Positions 59,860 to 64,000 of a stretch of DNA of 64,000 nt are shown piece after piece. Each line of letters begins with the position of its first letter. The first letter of the stretch is position 1. The stretch spans positions 143,592,001-143,656,000 of the forward strand of contig NC_042999.1 of assembly GCF_006345805.1 (NCBI RefSeq), in the 5' to 3' direction. This DNA comes from Octopus sinensis. Lineage: Eukaryota. Position numbers and translations under genes: made by a program. The notes under the pieces were generated by a model. It saw only the letters and a list, made by a program, of their open reading frames with translations, was not told where the DNA came from and searched no databases.

Positions 59860-62605
59860 TTCTAAACCCTCAAAAGAGAAAGGCTCCATAGTATATCTGA
59901 ATAAAAGATGTGATGGTTATAGTTCAAACATGCAGCATTAAGCTGTGTAGCATTAATAACAGATATGTTAATGTAAATTTTAAATATATTCAAGGAAGAG
60001 CATAGAGATATTTTTTTTCTAGGGAATTTGGCTGTAAGTGTTTGCAGCAGTGCCAGAAATAGAAACTATTAGTTATTCTACTACTGAATCATGCAGATGT
60101 CTTCTATATAAAGCTTGTAAGCTTTACATCCATGCCTTCATGCAAGCAAAATGGAGAACAATGGAGATTGATTTTGAAAAATTTAAATATTTACACATTT
60201 ATTGGCATACTGATGGACATTTTCACATCATTGGCTGTCTTTCCAGCTTCTAACCACACAAACCAATTATAGTGCCTCTTTGTGGTTGCTCAACCTGCAA
60301 GAAATAGCAGCCAAATCTCTTAAATTATATCCTATATGCCTTGCAATATTTAGTTATGGCCCTTTATGATCTGAGTTCAAATCCTCCATCAAAGTCTACT
60401 TGTCTTTTCCTCTTCTGTTATTGATAAAGTAATTGTGAAGTACTGGGACTAATTTATACTTCAATACAGCATCCTAAATATTAATTGCATTGTAATAGAG
60501 GAGACCTTTAGAAAAAAGAAGAACACATTAGCTAACACAGTTCTAGATATTCCTAAAAAGTTAGGATGGTCATCACTGGAATACATCTGATCATAGGCTT
60601 GCTCAATCGGAGTTGACAAGGGCCATAAAGGGACTTTACAGACTATGGAAAACATGAGAGTACACAATGATTAAGAGTAAAAAGTTTTCAACTAAACTAA
60701 TAACCTCCTCTTTAAACAGAGTTTTTGTATCTCATATCATATGGTCTAGGTTCCTCAGAATGATGATGATGATGTTAAGAATTCATCATAATGATTGAGT
60801 TCCCTTTTCTGAATTAAACTACAACTTCTGAATGTCCCACACATATGGGACAATGTCCTTAATAAGAATATACATGAAATCCAATGAGAGATTATCTATG
60901 CAGACACTCAGTTAATCAAACTGTTAAAAATAGCAGCTAAATCTCCTCATAATTTCTTACTTGAAAGAAAGCATTGGATAATCTAGTTGTAGATATATTA
61001 TATTTGAACAAGTCTGGATGGTCATGACTAGAATGCCTTTTACCATAGGTCAACTTGATTAGGGATGAACAGAGGTTAGCCACCAAACATGTACAAAACC
61101 AGAATTGTATGAAAACACAAAACATCCAACTGGTAAATCATCACCCACTATGACATGGGAAATTTTCTCAGGATGCCTTCTGTATCCATAACATATAGTT
61201 AAGTAATAATATCATGAATGAGCTGCACCTTCATTAAAAAAAAGAAAAAGATCACGGGAATTAATAACACTTATCAAAGGTGAGGGAGACAACCCCAAAA
61301 TTTAATTCATTTTCTCTGCTATTAATGGAAGGGTTGTAAGGGTTGAATCCTCAGGCATCTCCTCTGTAGGGTCCTATCAAAAGCAACCATCAGACTTTCC
61401 AACTGGATTCTCAAGTGCCAACTGTGACTATGGATATTATTCAGCCAGTTCATCCTTGGTCTATTCTTAGAGCCCCTGCTAGTTGGCTCAGTTTGAAAGA
61501 ATCTGTCTTGCAGCTCTTACCTGCGACATTCAAACCACGTCATTACCCAATATTTATGACCACAAAAAAGCAAATTTTTTTTATACCAATCTCTCGTCTG
61601 GTGATCGAATGTTGGAGCTGGTGCATTATTGTACCAGTACCAGCAATTCTAGTATCCAATTCCACCTCCTGCTCCCCATCACTCCGAAATTCAAATTGAT
61701 TATAAATTGGATGTGAACATGCAGTAAAAAGGAGTCTGATCTTTGGTAGGTAGAGGGACAAATATGAAAGGTTATGGTTTTTGGCATCCTCAGCCTAATT
61801 TTATTCATATTTACCAAGTCACAGACTGGAAACATTCACTCATTAGGCAATTTGAATTAATGACATGAAAAAAAAGAATGCTTTCTGCATGAAAAACATG
61901 GAGTAAAAGTTAACATAATATAGGGAGTCCAATATAATTACATTCTCTCATCGCTCAACAGTGCCTTTTCAACACCCAGAATATTCCTTCGATATTAAGA
62001 CGGTTAAGACAAACATACAGAAAGCCAGGAATTCTATCGGGACAATGAAAGCAGTCGCTTAACCTGTTAGAAATAGCAGCTAAATTTTCTTCAAATCACG
62101 CCTATCTAAAAAACAAAAGCATTAAAAGGGACACATTGGATAATGTAACCCTGAGAAAAAATATATTAAAGATGGGATGGTCGTAGTTAAGTGCTTTAGT
62201 CAAACAGACTGAAGAGTGGAGACTACGTACAACTCATTACATTACGTATAAAGTAAATAATAATAATAATGATGAAATTGTGTATAGTGCTCGGGTACAC
62301 TCTAGCCGTAACAACTCTCGAAGGAGTATGTCACAGACTACATTATTAAACATGTTATTTCAGATGTTACAAGTGCAATTTAAGAAAGATTTTGGTTGCT
62401 ATTTCTAGCAGATTAAACAACGACGTAGACACTCGCGCAGTCACTAACTCGCTATGACCTGCTATTTCAAACAGCTGATTCATTGCGCCATATTCTCAAC
62501 AGTAAACAATTTCTTAATAAACTAAATACATTAATATATTTTATGCCCCGTTTGCTTCGTTGTACTTAACAGAATGAATGAAAAACCGGGGTTAAGCAAC
62601 AATAC

Positions 62606-62613
62606 CTACTCAT
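62606..62613 (-). CDS. PARPBP: Possible upstream PARPBP exon end (ATG AGT AG| gives an MSR extension)
   Basis: Phase-2 donor AG|GTATT in frame with the 59308 acceptor; lies in CpG-retaining unique sequence. Confidence 0.4.
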
Positions 62614-63531
62614 AAGAAATTGCAAAAACACAACTTATATCTTTGTCCCATACACATAATACTAGGAAAGTTACAAACTCCCCCCCTCTCTCTATATATA
62701 TATATATAGATACATACATACATATGTATATATATAGAGAGAGGGTGGGGTATTTAGGACTTCGTCTATAATTCGTTTGCACGCGAATACAAAATCTATT
62801 CTTTCTCTTTTTATAGCTAGATTTGCTGTTAGGAAATGAGAAGGATCTGGACACATTCGTAACCAAGCGAAAGGAAAAGCACGATCATCAAAACATTCCA
62901 TTTTCTCACAATCCAATAATGTGAGAAAAAGAAAGATAGCAATAATTTTCTGAAAGTTTATTGAGCTATAATCCGAAAACTAAAATTTCTTCAAAACTAG
63001 GTAAAGTGTTCGAAGATTTACTATCAACAATTTGTTTGTAGCAAGAGTAGTTGGAAAACTTAAATGAAATGTAGTAATGGGTGATGGAAGAAAGTGTCAC
63101 ATATAACTTAATAAACTGGAAAAAAAATTTAACTTTAATGATTATCGCAGTCAACTGAATTTTGTTGTTCGTTTAGTTGGTGGTCAAATTATTTACAACT
63201 ATAATGTTTAAGCTTTAAGTTAAACAAATACACAGAAACACAGAGTATGAAAATATTTGTAACAAGAAAATATGCATTTCGTTAGTAAATTAACAATTGT
63301 TGAAAGATAAGTTATTGGAAATATTTATTCGTTTTGTAAACAATACTTTACATTTATTTGACAGTAGTTACCACGTAGAACTGAAAAAGCTATGAAAATA
63401 ACCAAAGTCGTATATAAAGAAAATAACACGATATTGTAACATTCTGGTTAAGTCGAAAGTAAAAAAAAAGCTATTAAAGATAATTTAATAAAATAAGGAT
63501 AGAAGTTCAATTAACGCTTGAAGTAATTTAC

Positions 63532-63635
63532 CTTAAGTGGCTGTATGTTATTGTTCTCCGAAAACAGCGACAAGTTTTGTACGAAATTTGAAATTCGTAC
63601 TATGTTGACGTCACTGTCAACGAACCAATCAGATG
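63532..63635 (-). promoter_or_regulatory. Candidate PARPBP promoter / non-coding first exon (CHR-like TTTGAA, CRE, CCAAT)
   Basis: TTTGAA 63587-63592, TGACGTCA 63606-63613, CCAAT 63625-63629, minus-strand donor AAG|GTAAAT at 63532; CpG-retaining. Confidence 0.5.
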
Positions 63636-64000
63636 ATAATTGCCATTTGCAGAGGTTATGAAATAGATTGTTGTTATTTATTCCTGACGAAATGGACTTA
63701 TGATCAAAAGCATTCCACCTGTGACCATCACTTCTTTTCTACATCAAGATCTACAATACTGTACAACGTTTTCTTATCCCTTTTTGAATGACTGGTTTAA
63801 GTCGAGCGACCTTACAGAGACTCTCTTGTTGGTTCGCGTCACTTCGTGGAGAGAAAAGCGTGACATGTCGAAGAAAAGTTCTCTGCCAGAAACTTTAGAC
63901 TTCATCTCTTCTCGTGGCATACAAAAATGTCTTTTACTGTCGCAGATCTCCACTTGCTATTTTTTAGATTCTATTTATGTATTTATTTATTTTTACTTTG

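Overview
AT-rich, repeat-dense eukaryotic DNA. The repeat families (tRNA-headed SINEs, RTE 3' ends with (GAT)n tails, (TA)n-anchored foldbacks) suggest an octopus/coleoid cephalopod genome, which is an inference. I assembled two convergent intron-containing genes by hand with consistent splice phases. FBXL15 (F-box/LRR, jetlag-like) lies on + with 4 coding exons at 18181-23247 (286 aa). PARPBP/PARI lies on - with 11-12 coding exons at 28426-59307/62613 (about 625 aa) and a C-terminal PIP box. The rest is transposon debris: Tc1, mariner, piggyBac, hAT MITEs, a Helitron, CR1, RTE and L2-like LINEs, and several SINE families. The most notable item is a 277-bp element (7429-7705) flanked by an 8-bp direct repeat, which joins a tRNA-Arg-like Pol III head to a minimal type I hammerhead ribozyme (a retrozyme-like SINE). 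Also notable are nested long inverted repeats, intronic foldbacks that are potential ADAR substrates, and a possible multi-exon uORF or alternative leader upstream of FBXL15. Most short ORFs in the supplied track are spurious. All calls are by eye; no database searches were run.
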